Of a stretch of 64,000 bases of DNA, positions 41,669 to 55,100 are shown piece after piece. The translations under genes and the position numbers were made by a program. The stretch comes from Chrysomallon squamiferum. Its lineage: Eukaryota > Animalia > Mollusca. Each line of letters starts with the position of its first letter. Within the stretch, counting starts at the first letter, position 1. The notes under the pieces were generated by a model that saw nothing but the letters and a program-made list of their open reading frames with translations, searched no databases and was not told the DNA's origin. Where the stretch lies: assembly GCA_012295275.1 (NCBI GenBank), contig CM022677.1:3472001-3536000 (forward strand), read 5' to 3'.

Positions 41669-43013
41669 CACTAAGAATCATATCTACTTAAACAAGTCAC
41701 TGAAAATAACCATGTTGCCAAAATCTAATTTTTATTTAACAAAATGTCCTAGTACACCAGTACTTATCTACTGTTTCACTTCCCTTTCCCAGAGAATTAA
41801 CCCTCCCCTCAAACATATTCAGCAGATCTGTATACCCTCCCCCATAATATATATAAATGTTAGTTGTGTTCGTAATAAATTATCTGAAAAGAAAACAAGC
41901 ACATTGTTGTTTTAAAATCAGTTTTATTTCCATTAATTGTTACAGAAAATAGTAAATTTTAGTTTTTAAAATTGTCTTCATTTCATTTAATAATTGTTTA
42001 CAGAAAGTATTAAAAACAAACAACAAACACACTAATTTCAAAAACCAAACAGAAAATAGTAAATTTCAAAAATCATTATATTTTATATAATAATTAATTG
42101 TTTACAGAAAAGCTTTTAAAAATTGTCTGTTCTTGTTTCTTTTCTTTTTCTTGTTTTATTTATTTATTTATTTACTATAAGGTGTTGTGCTGCTAGTAAT
42201 AATGGTGAGTTAGTAGCTGGAAATAGCTCAGATGTGCTGCATTTTGCAGTTTTCCATGGGGCTGCTCCTTTTTTTTTATTGGTTTAATCACAATTAGGCC
42301 CATTTTAGGTGACAGAATAATTTTTGGTTTTGATGGTCAGTTACGAGAATTTCCATTCAGATAGTGTAATTAGTGGTGGTTTTATTGTTATCTGATTCAA
42401 TGAGATTGTCGCGAGGTCTTGTTTGGGTTATCAGATAATTGTTAGACCCTTAAATGTTGCAGATTTCTGGTATTACAAAAGAAAATAAGTGAATGACAAA
42501 TTACAATTAATCAAAATGAATTGAAATGATTGGTCTGTTTTGAATTTCTCATTGGTCAATAACAGTGAGGCCTATTTATTCTTATTTTTTTCTACATTCA
42601 AGGTTTTGTTGGCAACAGAAAAAACAATGTTTACCATAGTAACTGATATTGAAATAATTTAAATTCATGAAAAATAAACATTACAGACAAATAAACAACA
42701 AATAAAATAATAATTAAATAAAAGTTAAATAGGTAATAAAATGAAATAAATAAAAATTGTTATTTAAAGTTCATTTTCTGGTGTGTATGGAGTTTAATAA
42801 TAATAATAATCTTTCTTTACAATATTGACTTTAACAAATGAATATAAATCTTTTTACTGCACTATTCAAATATAAATTTTGACATTCTTTAGAGATTTGT
42901 ATTCCAAGTTACAGAATGACAGGAATTTAAGTTAATTAGACGTCAGGTTTTTATTTTTTAAATTTTAGTTATTATTATTAACATACTACTACTACTACTA
43001 CTACTACCAGTAC

Positions 43014-43046
<33 letters not shown>

Positions 43047-45224
43047 TACTACTATGAAAGAATGTTACAATGATAAGATAAAAAAAAAATTAAATTGTTT
43101 ACAGAAGTGTTTGTATGTATAATAGATTTTTTGTTAATAAACATATACAGAAATACAAAAACAAACACAGACACACACACACAGACACACAAACACAGAC
43201 ACACACACACACACACACAGACTCACACACACACACACACACACACACACATAATTTTCAAGTGCTAAATCAAACTGCTACTTCCTGTTAACTGTTATGT
43301 GCCAGGAAAATTACATTTTGATAATCTCCCTTTGATAAATCATACAATTTTGTAATATTGGTATTATAATAACTTTGTTAGTTGCAGTATTATCTCAATT
43401 TTATTTCAAGATGAAGCATATAATGTCATTAATTAAAGTCACTGTATCATTAATAACAAGAAGAACAACAATAGTAATGACTGTGTTTTATATTTCAGTG
43501 TGTACTGGTACTTCTCAGGGCCTGGTTGCTAGGGGATATGCAGTTTTTCGTTACGAGTCTTACAAACAAATGTACACCAACTGCACGTACGTGGCTGGCA
43601 ACTTGGAGATTGTTTTTCTTGACAGCGACTACGACTACGACTTGTCCTTTCTGGAGAACATCGAGGAGGTGATGGGGTATGTCCTGATAGTGGGCGTGTA
43701 CGCTCACCGCATCCCCCTGTCAAGTCTGAGAACAATCCGAGGTGAAACTCTGTACCAACACTTACAGGAACACTACAGTCTGTTGGTAGCCCTGAACTAT
43801 CAAACAAAGTCAGCTATAATTGGATTGCACGAACTTCTCCTTATAAATTTACAAGGTAAGTCTAGTTTTGTTGTTATTTTTAAAACTCTGCTATAACTGG
43901 ATTGCACGAACTTCTCCTTATAAATTTACAAGGTAAGTCTAGTTTTGTTGTTATTTTTAAAACTCTGCTATAATTGGATTGCACGAACTTCTCCTTATAA
44001 ATTTACAAGGTAAGTCTAGTTTTGTTGTTATTTTTTTTTAACTCTGCTATAATTGGATTGCACGAACTTCTCCTTATAAATTTACAAGGTAAGTCTAGTT
44101 TTGTTGTTATTTTTAAAACTCTGCTATAATTGGACTGCAAGAACTTCTCCTTATAAATTTACAAGGTAAGTCTAGTTTTGTTGTTATTTTTAAAACTCTG
44201 CTATAATTGGACTGCAAGAACTTCTCCTTATAAATTTACAAGGTAAGTCTAGTTTTGTTGTTATTTTTAAAACTCTGCTATAATTGGACTGCAAGAACTT
44301 TGCTTATACATTTACAAGGTAAGTCTAGTTTTGTTGTTATTTTTAAAACTCTGCTATAATTGGACTGCAAGAACTTCTCCTTATAAATTTACAAGGTAAG
44401 TCTAGTTTTGTTGTTATTTTTAAAACTCTGCTATAATTGGACTGCACGAACTTCTCCTTATACATTTACAAGCTAAGTCTAGTTTTGTTGTTATTTTTAA
44501 AACTCTGCTATAATTGGACTGCAAGAACTTTGCTTATAAATTTACAAGGTAAGTCTAGTTTTGTTGTTATTTTTAACATTTGATGCTTGGATTGAATTTG
44601 ATATATAAATAGTTTTTATTTTTACATTTGATGCTTGGACGAATATATAAATGTATTTATACATGGACATACAGATGTATTTATACATAGATATACAGAT
44701 GTATTTATACATGGACATACAGATGTATTTATACATGGATATACAGATGTATTTATACATGGATATACAGATGTATTTATAGATGGATATAATATAGATG
44801 TATTTATAGATGGATATAATACAGATGTATTTATAGATGGATATATATAGATGTATTTACAGATGGATATATATAGATGTATTTATATATATAGATATAT
44901 ATATATAGATAGATATTAAAGATGGATATACAGATGTATTGATGGAGAGATCATTATTTGGATGGATGGAAGGGTTTATAAAATCTTATTTAAAAAAGTA
45001 ATAGAAATAAAAACAGTAAACAAAAAAAAATAAAAATAAAAGTCTCTATATGGAATTAATGTCATAATTCAAAATGTATTCTGTTTCAGAAATTCTCCGT
45101 GGCAAGATATTTTTTCAGTTCAACAATCTGCTGTGTTTTGTGTCTACCATCGACTGGAAGGACATCAGCCTCAGTATGGACACACCCATCAGTTTTGATG
45201 ATGAAGTGGGTTACACCCACAAAT
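41144..45224 (+). CDS. EGFR: EGFR/ErbB-family 5' fragment: signal peptide plus receptor L1 domain (3 exons, open frame, rest of gene absent)
   Basis: Exons 41144-41210 (MKIVFALVLSFTSLLMNLADEQ), 43499-43855 (VCTGTSQGL...YKQMYTNCTYVAGNLEIVFL...DLSFLENIEEVMGYVLI...IPLSSLRTIRGETLY...GLHELLLINLQ) and 45090-45224 (EILRGKIFFQFNNLLCFVSTIDWKDI). All three exons end in phase-1 GT donors. No furin-like, TM or kinase exons were seen before the gap. Confidence 0.85.
43813..44575 (+). repeat. 77-bp minisatellite x10 spanning the EGFR exon-2/intron junction
   Basis: The unit is the last about 43 nt of the exon plus GTAAGT plus the intron start. Donors fall at 43856, 43933, 44010 ... 44549; one copy is mutated to GCTAAG. 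Confidence 0.97.
44650..44940. repeat. 24-bp minisatellite
   Basis: GATGTATTTATACATGGATATACA in tandem; explains ORFs 44542-44850. Confidence 0.9.
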
Positions 45225-45946
45225 GTGAGTATTTGTCTGTCATTGTTTTAAACATGAAGTGGGTTATATCTGACCATGTGAGTATTTGTCTGTGTGTGTG
45301 CCAGTCTGTCTGTCTGTCTGTGTATCTGTCAGTCAGTGTATATCCAGTAAATCATGAAGATATAACAAACAGATAATTGCTTGCATTGGTCAGCAAGAAA
45401 AATACCTTCTCATAGATGTAAAAGTCTGTCACAGATTTTGATAATTCATTCACCAAGTTCTACTCAGAACAGGACAATGCTACTACTTGCTCAGACAAAA
45501 ACTGATCCTGTTGGTGAAACCTCACTGAAAAACAGTCACCTTCATTTTATTATCACTGATATAAAAACTACAACACCCCTTACAGTTTCACCTCCTCTAT
45601 GCCTGTGTCTAACAAAGTGGAAATTTGCACATCCTGTACAGACTTTTTCTCTTCATTATCATCTTTAACTGGTTGTAACACATGTAACTGTATTGAACTT
45701 ATGAGTTAGTTTCATGTTCTAATGTTATCAAAACTGAAGATTGAAGTAAAGGCATTGACTTTTTAGGATATACTAAATAAATAAACTAAAATATATTGTT
45801 CTATAAATTAATTTCAATCTCAAACTTATTTATAATTTTAGCTGTTCTCAAGATAAAAAATTATTGAATGAGAAGATGGTTTAGGTTTTACAAAAACACC
45901 GAAAGAGAATTCTAATTAACAATAAAAAATAAACATTCCACTGCAG

Positions 45947-46504
45947 GTAGTGCTGTCAGCTGTTTGAGAAGATTTACAACCATGTTTTTTTGTCCTGCAA
46001 CATCAACAATGTGTGCAGCAGAACATCACAGAATGATTACAGTTACTGGCTGTTAACACTGGAGCCGATGTTGATGATGATGATGAATCGAGTGAGAGGT
46101 GAACAGACCAGGCAGACATCAGCAGTTTGTGAATCTCCAGACCCTGTAAGTCCTGCCCTGTACTCATTTACATAACATTAATATTCATTACTTAATCATG
46201 AATATTCATACTTGTATTTGATTTCCATTGTTTGAGGTAAGTGATTATGAATACAAAATGATATTTAAAATTGACACATGTAAAATGAGAATGTTAACAT
46301 TTAACTGTATTCAATACAGAATTAGTATTTGTGAATACAGTGTAAACCTTTTTTATTACTGTCATAAATTTCAATTTTTATGTTTATTAATTTAATAATT
46401 ATTGATACGAATTAATATTTATTTTTGAGTTAACAATTAACATTTTTGAATATGAATTAAATTGTTATTTTTGCATGTTATCCAATATGTTTTTAAATAT
46501 AGTA

Positions 46505-46536
<32 letters not shown>

Positions 46537-46676
46537 TAGTTTTATAATGTTTTTACTTCCCTTACTTTGAGATTTTTGTTTTCTTAGAGGTTTTTACTGT
46601 GCACAGTCAGACAAAGCTCATTGCAGAATGTTCAATGGGCTGGTGTGCATCATGGATTGGCCAAAGTTTTGTCGTG
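45947..46676 (+). pseudogene. COL4A: Collagen IV NC1 domain exons, degenerate
   Basis: Exon 45947-46145 SAVSCLRRFTTM/LSCNINNVCSRTSQNDYSYWLLTLEPM...AVCESP (cf. [39 protein letters not shown]). Exon 46588-46676 VFTVHSQTKLIAECSMGWCASWIGQSFVV (cf. AVHSQT..IP.CP.GW.SLWIGYSFVM). There is a 1-nt frameshift in a T run and loss of ISRC. Confidence 0.88.
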
Positions 46677-48197
46677 GTAAATTTGAAGTAAGTTGTTTTG
46701 AACTGTTTTTGACTTTGTAACTTCAACTTTGAAATTCTTTCCTGTTTTGATTTTATTGAAATACCCATAAGTAATATGTTTGTTGCCAAAAAATTCAGTT
46801 TGTTTTTAAAACATGATGTTATTGACTTGTATTTTAATATGCAAGTAGACAATTCTTTATCAATTTGTATTTATTTAAAACATGGATGTTATAGACTTCT
46901 ATTTTATATACAACTTGACAATGTTAATTACAATGTTTGACAAGTTTACCACAAAACTGAAAAACACGCAGCTTGGCGTTTTTGTTGATTATTATGAACC
47001 CCAAAAATTGTAAACTTCTGTATTTTTTACAAAATAACTGACTAGCAGCTTATTTTCAAGAGATAACTTAATAATGATGTAAAATGTAATATTTAAATTA
47101 TGTAAAATGTATTTATTCTGACTAAATAATTTGTAATTTTAATATTTGAAGTAACTTTTAAATAATAATTTGCTATCATTTCCAATGATAAATGTTATAT
47201 TTTTTTAGTAAATTATTTTTATTTATTAGGGTTATCAGTGATAAGTTTTGTTTATTACTTTTACAGGACAAACAAGCCCTTGCTGACCAGAACAAAGTTC
47301 TATCAGGCCAAGGATGACCACTTGACCAGGCTTGTAGTACAACTCAGTGAAGAACAATCACTTCTCCAGTTGTTGGTGTTAAAATAAATTTGTACAAACT
47401 GAGACACTCAGATGAGTTCAAGTGTTTTGAAATCAGATGCTGAGTATAATGGACAGGTAATTCGGTTTACAACTAGATTTTATAAACTGTAAAATGTAAA
47501 TCATTTAATGTCATATGAGAATATTTTTGATATTATTATCATTATATATAATTTTCTTTTTTTAAATAATGATTCTGTAGATGACACTGATATAGCAATT
47601 GGAAGAAAAGGAATCTACTTTAGAAAAATCTATCTTTAAGAAGTAGCAGATAAAATTATTGATCTTACTTGTTATCAATTTTTATAAAAGATACTAAATT
47701 ACTTATTTATTAAAAGAAAAATGGATGTTTCTCTTTAAAAAAGAATATATATATGTATATGTTTTTAAATTACTGAAAGTTCTGAGTTGATTTATTCAGA
47801 CTAGTATTAAACACACAGTTCCACAGACAGTCGAAATTAGAGGTGCAACAAGAAATGTTTAAATAAATAAACTTAAACTTTATTTTATTTCAGTTAAATT
47901 AACTGTACTTGTTATTGGTTGAATATATTACTTCAGATTCAAATGAAAAAATATAAAATTGTAGCAGTTGTTGTTAAAAAAATGTAATATTTTACTTTTC
48001 AGACACCATAGAAAGCTATTTACAAGAACTGATGTCCACTGAGTCTAAATGACTTGTCAAGTTTTCTGTACTGAATTAAGTAAACAGAAGATAAAACATC
48101 TCCACAGTAAACATGAAAAACTAAATAACTGGAAAAACTGAATTTAGAACTCCACAAAACTAACATTTTGAAAACATCAATCATGGACTGTTCTTAC

Positions 48198-48305
48198 TGA
48201 AGAATGTGTAATGTGACATGGTTTTAGACTCAGTCACAGTGTCGTTGATGAAATCAGATGTACACAGAATGTTTGTACCAGACACAGCACCAAGTACAGT
48301 GAAGT
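48198..48305 (-). other. Orphan 108-bp exon-like block
   Basis: Polypyrimidine-CAG acceptor and GTAAG donor with an open frame FTVLGAVSGTNILCTSDFINDTVTESKTMSHYTFF. Family unknown. Confidence 0.35.
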
Positions 48306-49267
48306 CTGTGAAAAAAAGAAATTATTTTGTAAAAATCATTTAATGTTAGAAATCCTTGATTACTGCTTCAAAAAAAACTACACACTTCGGATTAAAAATG
48401 TTTGGTTCAAGGGAGATAATTTAATTTTTTATTTTTTTTATTTTTTAATTTTTGAAAAAAAATAATGTACTTAATCATGTAACCAAAGCATAAAATAACA
48501 GAATACCAAGAGTTCTGGTAAAGATTTACCCTATAAAAGTTTGTTAAATCATAAAATGGAATCAGTTGTGTAAACCTATATATGCCATATATTTGTTTGG
48601 AAAATTAAAATCAGAAATTAAAAATGTTCTTAATTACTAATTTCAGGTTACATTATCTGTCAAGTTATTTATTAAGTTTAGTAGTTTTATAGTTTTTGTA
48701 AACAAATGTCTTGTTTTTCATTTTATGTTGTATATTTTATCATAAACTTTTATTGATAAATCAGAAATCTTGGCATTTTTGTGTTTATAGCACAAATCTT
48801 TAGAACCTTAAGATATATTTTAAATACTTTTTAATTTGAAACATTTTATATCATGCTTTTCTAAATTTATAATTAAGGATTTTGGCAAAGTTTTTCTAAA
48901 ATTATGTGATAAACTTTGTTGTTTTCTTGTTGAAATAAATATTTCAAATTATTTTGTTTTTTGTTTTTATCACCTATTTTTTTTAGCAAGCTTTATTAAA
49001 TTACAGGGTCAGGAATATTTATTTATATAGTTTTGTTACAATAACCCAAATTTAGTATTTACTAGGCATTATAATATCATTTTATACTAGTTAATAATTT
49101 TGTATTCAGTACTTAAGAGAATGTTTAACATTGAAAATCAGTGAGTAACAAACTAAAATTGTTAAAAAAACAAAAAAGAAACAAAACAAGCCCCGTACCA
49201 GCAAATTTATTTTCATTATAATTAATTTTTAACAACATTAAATAAAAATAAATAAATAGAAATCAGG

Positions 49268-49467
49268 NNNNNNNNNNNNNNNNNNNNNNNNNNNNNNNNN
49301 NNNNNNNNNNNNNNNNNNNNNNNNNNNNNNNNNNNNNNNNNNNNNNNNNNNNNNNNNNNNNNNNNNNNNNNNNNNNNNNNNNNNNNNNNNNNNNNNNNNN
49401 NNNNNNNNNNNNNNNNNNNNNNNNNNNNNNNNNNNNNNNNNNNNNNNNNNNNNNNNNNNNNNNNNNN
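49268..49467. other. Assembly gap (200 N)
   Basis: Run of exactly 200 N; left-right adjacency is scaffold-inferred. Confidence 0.99.
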
Positions 49468-50179
49468 AAATATTTCAATATTAAAAAAATAATAATAATT
49501 AAATTAAAAAAAAAAATAAATAAATAACTAAAATGGAAAAAGTTTAGATAGGAAATGTTTTGCAAAGAAGTCAGTATGTTTTGATGATGCATATAAATGG
49601 TTCAAAAAACGTCTTTTCTTCTTTTTTTTATCATTTAAAAAAAAAAAAAAATTTCTTAAACACATTTGAAAAAAAAGAAGAAAAAAACTGAAGATGAAGA
49701 AAGTAATTATGGCTTTATTTAATTTATTCTACCAACATTTGAATATAATATATAGAATAAGACTATTAAATAACAGATTCATGAAGGCTGATATTTTCAA
49801 TTTATTTATAATGTCATTTTAATTTATTTATATTTTGATGTGTACTAATTAATGTCATTAGTAAACATTGGTGTATTAAAACAACAACAATAAACAATTT
49901 TTAATAACTAAAACTGTAGAACTAAGTTCAGCATATGGAATTCAAAGAACAACATTTGTCTGTATTTACATGTTGGCCTATATATATATATATATATATA
50001 TATGTTTTCCATTTTTGATTTATAAATTATGTATGGTTTAATTCCTTTGAAAAATTGACGAAAGGGGGAACAAAATCTTTATACTTATATATTATTTGAT
50101 TTGGTTCAAAACGGACAAGAACATTTGTTATGAAAAGAATGCTTTATTCAGTTTTTGTTTGTTTGTTTATTTATTTATT

Positions 50180-50239
<60 letters not shown>

Positions 50240-50369
50240 GTTATACAATACAGTGTAGACATTTTAAAAACAGTGTAACATTTTGAGGAAAATTTTGTTA
50301 AATTTAATTAACAACTTTCATTGGCTGCCTCCTTAAGTTAACTAAGTAAACTGTAATTTTGCTTTCCGT

Positions 50370-50450
50370 TATCGTGAATTCGGAAGTAGACGTGCTGACT
50401 TGTGCCGCCAGTGTGCATAGTTCGTTGTAGACAAAAGTAGACGTATTATA
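50370..50450 (+). promoter_or_regulatory. CpG-containing promoter of DNPEP with ETS-like CGGAAGT
   Basis: TTCGGAAGTAGACGTG at about 50379-50394, about 120 bp upstream of the ATG micro-exon. Confidence 0.4.
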
Positions 50451-50733
50451 GGCAAAACATTAAAAATTATTATTATTATTTCCATTAACAGCAAATTTAA
50501 TTGGTTATGGTAAGATTTCATTTAGCAAGAAATAAAACAGTGATAGATATGTAGACAGACAGTGATAGAAGTAATAAACCTAAAGTTATATATCAATATT
50601 AATACTTTTTAATTATTTCCTTGTGAGGATGTCTCTCGTGTAATACTAATAGTAACTAAGTAAGATCTGGAATATACATGTTCATCCTAGGAATTTATTA
50701 TTCTTTAATATTTTTAACTCAATGTCAGTCCAC

Positions 50734-50793
<60 letters not shown>

Positions 50794-52084
50794 ACAGCAT
50801 AAAAAAAAAATTGTTTCATAAATACTTATGTTTGTATCTTTAACATTAAATGTAATTTTATTTATTTATTTACTATTTTATTTAATATAATTTTATTTTT
50901 TAATTTTTTTACTGAAGGGAACATCAAAGGAAACAGTATTAGCAGCTGCAAAAATATTCCTTACCTTTGTAAATAGCAGCCCTTCTCCATATCATGGTAA
51001 ACTTTTAAATTTTGCTCAAACAGCAAAGCTAAAAATTTGTATATGATTACAGTTACTACAAATAATGCAATTTTCTTAAGTACTATGACTTTAAATGAGC
51101 ATTATGAATGTTCTCAAACTTAAATAATTATATATATATATATAAATAAAAAAAAAATATAAAAAAGTTAAGCAAAAATAACACAAGAAAGAAAAAAGCA
51201 CATATTTCTGAATGACAGTATTTGGATATTAATATTTCTATGATTTAGTTATAATGGATAAAATAGAAAAAAAATAGTAAAGAAGAAAAAAAACAGCTTG
51301 TCTATTTTTTTCAAATTAAATATTTTTCACCTGTTATAATGACATTTATTTCATCTTGATTATATCATTAAATGACCCCATCTGTTTATGGAAATCCTGT
51401 ATTTGATCTATTCACAACTGAAAAAACCCAACTAATTGAAGATAATATATCAGGACTGTAAAAATTAAAGTTAAAAACTCTCAGTCAAGAAATAAATAAA
51501 TAAATAAATTTAAAAACAAACTTACCATTTTTATATTACAGCTGTTGATCAAGTGAAACAAAGATTGTTAAATTCTGGATTCAAAGAATTGCACGAGACT
51601 GAACATTGGGATATCAAACAAAATTGCAAGGTGTTTTATTATAAACTGTATCTGAAATATTCAACTGATTGTTGAAAACAAACTGAGGGTCAGAAATATC
51701 CAGAAATGATTAAATAATGTAGATGAATTAATGGATATTTTAAACAACAGCAAAAAATTATCACTTACAAAATCAATTTCATTAAAATATAAATGTTTTT
51801 AATTGTAACATAATTTTTTTAATTAAAAATTTTATGTATTTATGCATATATTTTATGTGTCCATATATATGTATGGATGTGGATATGTATATATGAATAT
51901 TTTGATGTCTGTTAAATATTAACTAGAATTTGTATATATGTATGTTATTATTGTTTTTTATTATTTCTTTCTATGCAGTATTTTGTAATTGACAATGAAT
52001 CAGCTATTGTTGCATATGCTGTTGGAATACTGAAATTTCGATATATGTTAAAAGTGTTACTGGAATTTGTGTTTAATTATATAC

Positions 52085-52133
<49 letters not shown>

Positions 52134-55100
52134 TCTATGTTTGTATTATGTATGTTATTTTTTCATCATTTCTTTGCAGTATTTTGTTACTAAAAATGAA
52201 TCAGCCATTATTGCATTTGCTGTTGGAGGAAAATATGAACCTGGAAATCCATTTAGTATTGTCGGAGCCCATACAGATAGTCCCTGTTTGAGGGTAAGAA
52301 AATAAGCAGGTGAAGAAAGAAAAATCATATTTTAAAGTAACCAATTTTTACTTAAAATTTATTTTTGAATACTTTCACATGATTGCTTTGTTAACCTATA
52401 AACAAAAAAAACCTATTTTAAAAAAAAGATATTTTGTACATTTTCAAAAAAAACCTAGTCTATCCGTATTGGTTTATTTTAAATTATCATGTAAATAAAC
52501 AATAAATATTTTTTATACTTCCAAGTAACTATTCTGCAAGTATTTGTTTCTTGTTAAGATGGAACTAATAACCTAAATTTATTGTTTATACTTTATAATG
52601 ACTGTGGTGATTCTTGTTAAATTGTATTACAGAAGCATGAACAGAAAACTTATATATAAAAAAATATATATATATTATTTGATTATTATTCAGTTTTTAA
52701 TAAATAACAAAATTTATGTAGCTGATAAGGTAGTTAAAAATCTAATAAAGTAAGGAGCCTCAGAAAATCAGACATTTTGAAATTTGAATTTTTTTTTTTA
52801 ATGATATGATTCTTTGATAGAAATATAAATGGTCTTTTGACTGTAGACATCTCTGTTTTTTAAAATGGCAACAGTTGGAACCATCAGCAATAGCTTGTAA
52901 TTTCAACAATTCTTTTAATTTAATTAGTTATATTTATGACTGTGTTTTAAGGAACTGTTTCTGTTTTTAGGTCAAGCCCAGATCTGCAGGAGTGAAAAGT
53001 GGATTTTGTATGGTTGGCGTGGAAACGTACGGTGGTGGAACATGGCACACTTGGTTTGACCGAGATCTCACAATAGCTGGGCGTGTCCTTGTCAAGGTCA
53101 TTTGTAGTTAAAGTTGAAAAAATAGAACTTTTATTTACATTTAATGTTATTTGGAATTCTGTTGTTGTATGAATCATCTGTTATCTTTTCTTACTTTGGT
53201 TCATGTAACCTAATGCAAGACCTTTTCACCCAGTCTTGTTGTCCTTGTTCAAAACATCTGTTATGTTATGACAGATTCAGGTAACATGGATTGCACTGTA
53301 GTTGAAAAAATATTTTCTGGATAAGGTCACAGAAGTGAAACTTGCATCAGAGTAAGTGGTGTATGGGGTTTTGGGCTTATTTTAAAACGTTTTTGTTATT
53401 CATTGTTCGATCACCAACCTGAGATGTTCAGTGATGTGACAATGTTCAAAAGAAATTATTGGTTACATCTTTGTAATTACATCTGTTTGACTATGGCCCA
53501 TTTCGGTCAGTATTCTGAGGTTTCCTTTCTGTCAGTTAACATAAATATGTCATACGATTGCAGTAGTTTTCTCTCACATGTTGTCATAATAAATTAACAC
53601 ATTTGACCCACTGCAACTGTCATGGTAATATCATTATTATTATTATTAAATTTTTTTTTAACTTCAAACAGTCTATATGGCTCACTGTTAAAGTCTAGAC
53701 CTGAGGCATTGTACATAGCAGAAATCTCCTTATTACAAATACTGATCTTTTTTCATGTTCCAAACTCTGCTCAAATGTTTTGTTTTTATAACTGGCCTCT
53801 GTATTAAAGATACATATAAAATATCTCTTGTTTTGTCAGTAATAATATCTTAATGTTAGAATCATTTCTATAAAACAAAAAAAGTATATTTCTTAAACAT
53901 GATAAAACATATTGAAGCTTTATTAGATATTTACTCTCCTGGTTTGAATTTTTTTTTTTTTATTTAGAATGGAGACAAGATTGATCATAGACTGGTCCAT
54001 GTCCAACAACCGATTCTTTGAATACCAAACATTGCCATCCATTTTCAGCGAGACATGAATGAGAAGTTTTCACCAAACAAAGAAACACATTTGTGAGAGA
54101 ATAATACTTATTTATCTTACTTAAAACCTGTGTATTTTATTAAAATTATTGTTGAATTTGTTAAATTAAAAAAAAAAAATTAAAAAATAAGAATGTATAA
54201 TTATAAAATGTCTGGAAGATTAAAACATTTGTATATGAAAGTGTTAACTTACATGAATAGTAAAATTTATTTTATAGTTTATTTATAAACAGTCTTAATT
54301 CAGATGTTTTATTTATTTTATTTAAAGGATTATTTGTGGTGTCATTAAAAAAATATATATATATATATATCTATAAAACAATACATTTCATATATTTTGA
54401 GACTGTTTTGGATTTAAATATTATCTGTGGTCATTTGATATAAAAAAAAAAAAAAAAAAAACCTCCAAAAACAAAAGACAATACATTTCATGCATTCTAA
54501 AGCTCAGTTTTAGAGACTTCAGGATTCCATGCTTTGAAACAGTCATTTGAAAGGGGTACATGGTGTGTTTCATCGTTGGGTTAATGCTTTAAGCACACTT
54601 AACTCTTTGCCGTTTAACAGTGTATTCCAGATTAGTTTTCTTTTGGCAGATGTCCGGTCCTGGCAACAGTAGTTCAGGCTGAATTGCAGGGTGACACAAA
54701 GTCTGAATCCGAGACAAAATCAGCAGAAATTCCAACATGTTGAGTAAATTTCTTTTTCAAAACCTGAAATAACACAACCTCGTAGTTTTAACAGATAATT
54801 CATTTTATTTTATCATCTCTACCCAGCATAATTGGTTCAAGATAGCAGTCTACTCCTTCCTTTTTCATCACTGCTTTTACCCATTCCACCCAGAGTCCCA
54901 GTTCATTTTCAAGTCCCTGATGCATACTTTAGGATACTTTACTAATGTGGATAAAATCTATCTATAACCTGTGAGAAGGTACATATTAATAAACATATCT
55001 TGCTACTAACTGGTAAGAGTAACCCATAGATTGGTTACTGATGGTTTCTTCTATCTTTTTATTATAGAAAATTTGTGTTTTTAAACATTAATAATAAAAT

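Noticed and set aside
42180-42470. Possible extra exon or enhancer in EGFR intron 1
   Set aside because: It is slightly GC-richer with TAATTA/GATA words, but has no recognisable frame, and such motifs are expected by chance in AT-rich DNA.
43375-43498. N-terminal part of ORF 43375-43896 as the real EGFR N-terminus
   Set aside because: It is intron sequence upstream of the acceptor at 43498; a proper signal-peptide exon exists at 41144-41210.
49263-49592. 109-aa ORF
   Set aside because: It runs through the N gap.
35341-54021. Alternative genetic code, selenocysteine or RNA-editing rescue of in-frame TGA codons
   Set aside because: The TGAs sit at Arg-like positions explained by CpG decay, DNPEP itself ends in TGA, and the same genes carry frameshifts or deletions that recoding cannot fix.
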